From positions 160,001-224,000 of the forward strand of contig CAVSOU010000011.1 of assembly GCA_963729625.1 (NCBI GenBank): a stretch of 64,000 bases of DNA, written 5' to 3'. The stretch comes from an uncultured bacterium. GTDB taxonomy: Bacteria > Chloroflexota > UBA5177 > JANWHV01. This document shows positions 61,892-64,000 of this stretch, piece after piece; position 1 is the first letter of the stretch, and the number at the start of each line of letters is the position of its first letter. A program made the translations under genes and the position numbers. The notes under the pieces are model-generated. The model was not told the DNA's origin. It did no database searches and saw only the letters and a list, made by a program, of their open reading frames with translations.

Positions 61892-62842
61892 CTAGAGCGA
61901 ATTCATGATGCTGGGGACGACCGGTCCCAAGATGACTACGAAGATCGAGGGGAAGATGAAGAGCGCCATTGGGAACAGCATCTTTAGCGGCGCTTTCTGC
62001 GCCTGTTCCTCTGCTCGCTGCCGCCGGCGCATACGCATTTGTTCGGATTGTATACGCAGCACGTTGGCAATGCTAACACCCAACTGGTCCGCCTGGATGA
62101 TGGCAGTGATGAATTGCGCGAGGTCGGGCACGCCGGTGCGCCAGATGATGTTCCTCAGCGCCTCGCGGCGCGATTTTCCCAGTCGAAGCTCGACCAGATA
62201 GCGCTCGAACTCGTACGACAGATCGTCGTGCGCTTTGGAGGCAACACGCTGGCAGGCGGCATCGAAGCCAAGTCCTGCCTCAACGCTGATCGCGATGATG
62301 TCGATAGTATCAGGCATCGCGCGCGAAATGCGCTTCTGCCGGCGCGTTCTCTCGTCGTGAACCCACAGGTCGGGGAAGAAGAAGCCGACAACTATGGCGA
62401 CGACGCCCCACACCAGCGAAGACACGGGTGCCTTGGGCGGATACGGCACGACTCCAGGGTACGGATCGAAGTACATGAAAATCGTGAGCAGTACGGCAAA
62501 GGCGACAGCTACGACGCCTTTCAGCCCATAGAAGCCTTCAACGTTGATCCCGCGGGGATTTCCGGCCTGTGCCAGCCGTTGCTCGGTCTTCTCCAGAGTG
62601 TTGCCCGGCGAGAGACGTCTCGTCACCTTCGCCACCTGGTTGGTGAGCGGTATGAGCACGCGGTCGCGGAATGGCCGCGCGAGCTCAAGGTCCTCGAGTG
62701 GAGTGGACGATTGCAGCAGCTGGTCCGGCAAGTACGTGGCGAGGCGCTCTCGGATCGCGCCGCCTGACGAGTCGCGGAGCCCGAGGAAGACCAACGCCAC
62801 GGCGGAGGCGGCCAGTGCGCCGGCAAGGAGCGTGAGAATCAT
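61892..62842 (-). CDS. tadC: Tad pilus membrane platform protein TadC
   Basis: VEAGLGFD, QADQLGVSI, AEEQAQKAPLKMLFP. Confidence 0.93.
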   Translation of the reverse strand: MILTLLAGALAASAVALVFLGLRDSSGGAIRERLATYLPDQLLQSSTPLEDLELARPFRDRVLIPLTNQVAKVTRRLSPGNTLEKTEQRLAQAGNPRGINVEGFYGLKGVVAVAFAVLLTIFMYFDPYPGVVPYPPKAPVSSLVWGVVAIVVGFFFPDLWVHDERTRRQKRISRAMPDTIDIIAISVEAGLGFDAACQRVASKAHDDLSYEFERYLVELRLGKSRREALRNIIWRTGVPDLAQFITAIIQADQLGVSIANVLRIQSEQMRMRRRQRAEEQAQKAPLKMLFPMALFIFPSIFVVILGPVVPSIMNSL

Positions 62843-62845
62843 GGC

Positions 62846-63817
62846 CTAGACCTCGATCTTTGTGATTCTGCGCATCAGGAAGGTTCCGACGGACATGAAG
62901 AATAGTGAGACCGCCAGGAGGGGCAAGCCGCACGTGTGGTCATTCCAGAAGAAGCTTATATAGTGTGAATCGATGGTGTAGAGGATGAACGCCAGGCAGA
63001 GCGGAAGCGCTGAAATGATGTACCCGGACAGCGTCGCCTGAGCGGTAAGCGTCCTGATCTCGCCCTTGATGCGGACACGCTCGCGAATGGTATGCGCGAT
63101 GGTGTCGAGAATGATAGACAGGTTCCCGCCGATTTCACGCTGGACATTTATCGCCATCACCATGATCTCAAGATCGACGCTCTTGATTCGGCGGACCAGG
63201 TTGGCCAGCGCTTCTTCCGGTGACAGGCCGATGCCGACCTCCTTGATCACGCGATTGAACTCCGTGGAGATTGGCGGGTTCATCTCGCGCGAGACCAATT
63301 CCATGCTTTGCAGCATGCTGTAGCCTGAACGGAGGCTGTTGGCGAGCATGAGGATTGCATCCGCGAGATTGTTGTTGAAGAGCTTCAGGCGCTTGTTCGC
63401 TCGATACACGAGGTACCAACGAGGTCCGACAAGACCGATTGCACCGAAGACAATGATGTGGACCACCGTGCCAAATATGACCGCGCCGATGAAAATGCAG
63501 CCGATGAACACGCTCGTCCAGAGAATCAAGTACTCGCCGACCGTGAACTTCAGGTCGGCCCGAGAGAGCGCCGTACGAAGGTTCTGTGCAAAGCTCTGGT
63601 TCTGTACGGCACGGTCCACCGTGCGCACGATCATGTCGCCTGCTCTCGTGCGTTCGCGCTTGGTCCGCTTCTCTTGGGCGATCACCGCCTTGGCTTCGCT
63701 GTACCTGGTCAGGCGGCTGGCAATGCCGCCACCACCACCGAAGCGCATGGAAGCAGCATAGGCGAAGAAGAAGACTGCGGTCGCCGCGCAAAGTGCCGCA
63801 AGGAGCGTCAGGAGCAT
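62846..63817 (-). CDS. tadB: Tad pilus membrane platform protein TadB
   Basis: NSLRSGYS, VQREIGGNL, TIRERVRIKGEIRTLTAQ. Confidence 0.93.
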   Translation of the reverse strand: MLLTLLAALCAATAVFFFAYAASMRFGGGGGIASRLTRYSEAKAVIAQEKRTKRERTRAGDMIVRTVDRAVQNQSFAQNLRTALSRADLKFTVGEYLILWTSVFIGCIFIGAVIFGTVVHIIVFGAIGLVGPRWYLVYRANKRLKLFNNNLADAILMLANSLRSGYSMLQSMELVSREMNPPISTEFNRVIKEVGIGLSPEEALANLVRRIKSVDLEIMVMAINVQREIGGNLSIILDTIAHTIRERVRIKGEIRTLTAQATLSGYIISALPLCLAFILYTIDSHYISFFWNDHTCGLPLLAVSLFFMSVGTFLMRRITKIEV

Positions 63818-63835
63818 CGCCTACCTCCCCTCTTC

Positions 63836-64000
63836 TCAGAAGATTCGGTCAAGTCCGAACACGCTTGGCGGCAGATAGATGCCGTTCTCTTCGAACTTTT
63901 CGATGAACTTCGGGCGGATGCCGGTTGGCCGCAGACGACCAACAATACGGCCGTGCTCGTCGATACCGCTCTGCTCGAAAACGAATATGTCCTGCATGAT
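63836..64000 (-). CDS. cpaF: CpaF/TadA pilus assembly ATPase, C-terminal end (partial)
   Basis: Hand translation IMQDIFVFEQSGIDEHGRIVGRLRPTGIRPKF...PPSVF; upstream of tadB. Confidence 0.88.
   Translation of the reverse strand: MMQDIFVFEQSGIDEHGRIVGRLRPTGIRPKFIEKFEENGIYLPPSVFGLDRIF

Noticed and set aside
1-64000. tRNA, rRNA, integrase or transposase genes; long Arg/Ala/Pro-rich antisense ORFs
   Set aside because: No such genes recognised; antisense ORFs are expected artefacts of high GC content

Overview
High-GC bacterial chromosome segment, most consistent with a monoderm Terrabacteria lineage (Chloroflexota-like, inferred from gene content and not proven). The first ~16 kb is a decaying defence island. 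It contains an HTH-fused Z1/SF2-helicase gene with its own operator array, a type III R-M locus (res-broN-mod) whose mod has an in-frame amber stop, a truncated BrnTA pair, a collapsed BREX locus (brxE::pglX in-frame deletion chimera plus a pglZ remnant) and two nucleotidyltransferase-type TA pairs. The rest is mostly housekeeping: nucleoside hydrolase, ctaG, a large secreted Ig-repeat protein, ABC ATPases, azlCD, SDR, SPL-like radical SAM, PAS kinase, ProRS-like gene, TPR protein, GH38, URO-D family, HipA-like kinase/DUF3037, murJ, dedA, fhaA-fhaB-rodA-pbpA, GH3, htpX-pspAB, pspA-pspAA-pspAA, comF, DUF192 and tadA/B/C, with further TA modules inserted. The most unusual signals are a full-length ProRS paralog with substituted proline/ATP-binding motifs but intact editing and anticodon domains, an unnamed RHH + 254-aa gene pair with a palindromic operator, and the apparently self-regulated HTH-Z1 helicase. 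Several single frameshifts may be assembly errors. All family assignments come from motif recognition, not database searches.
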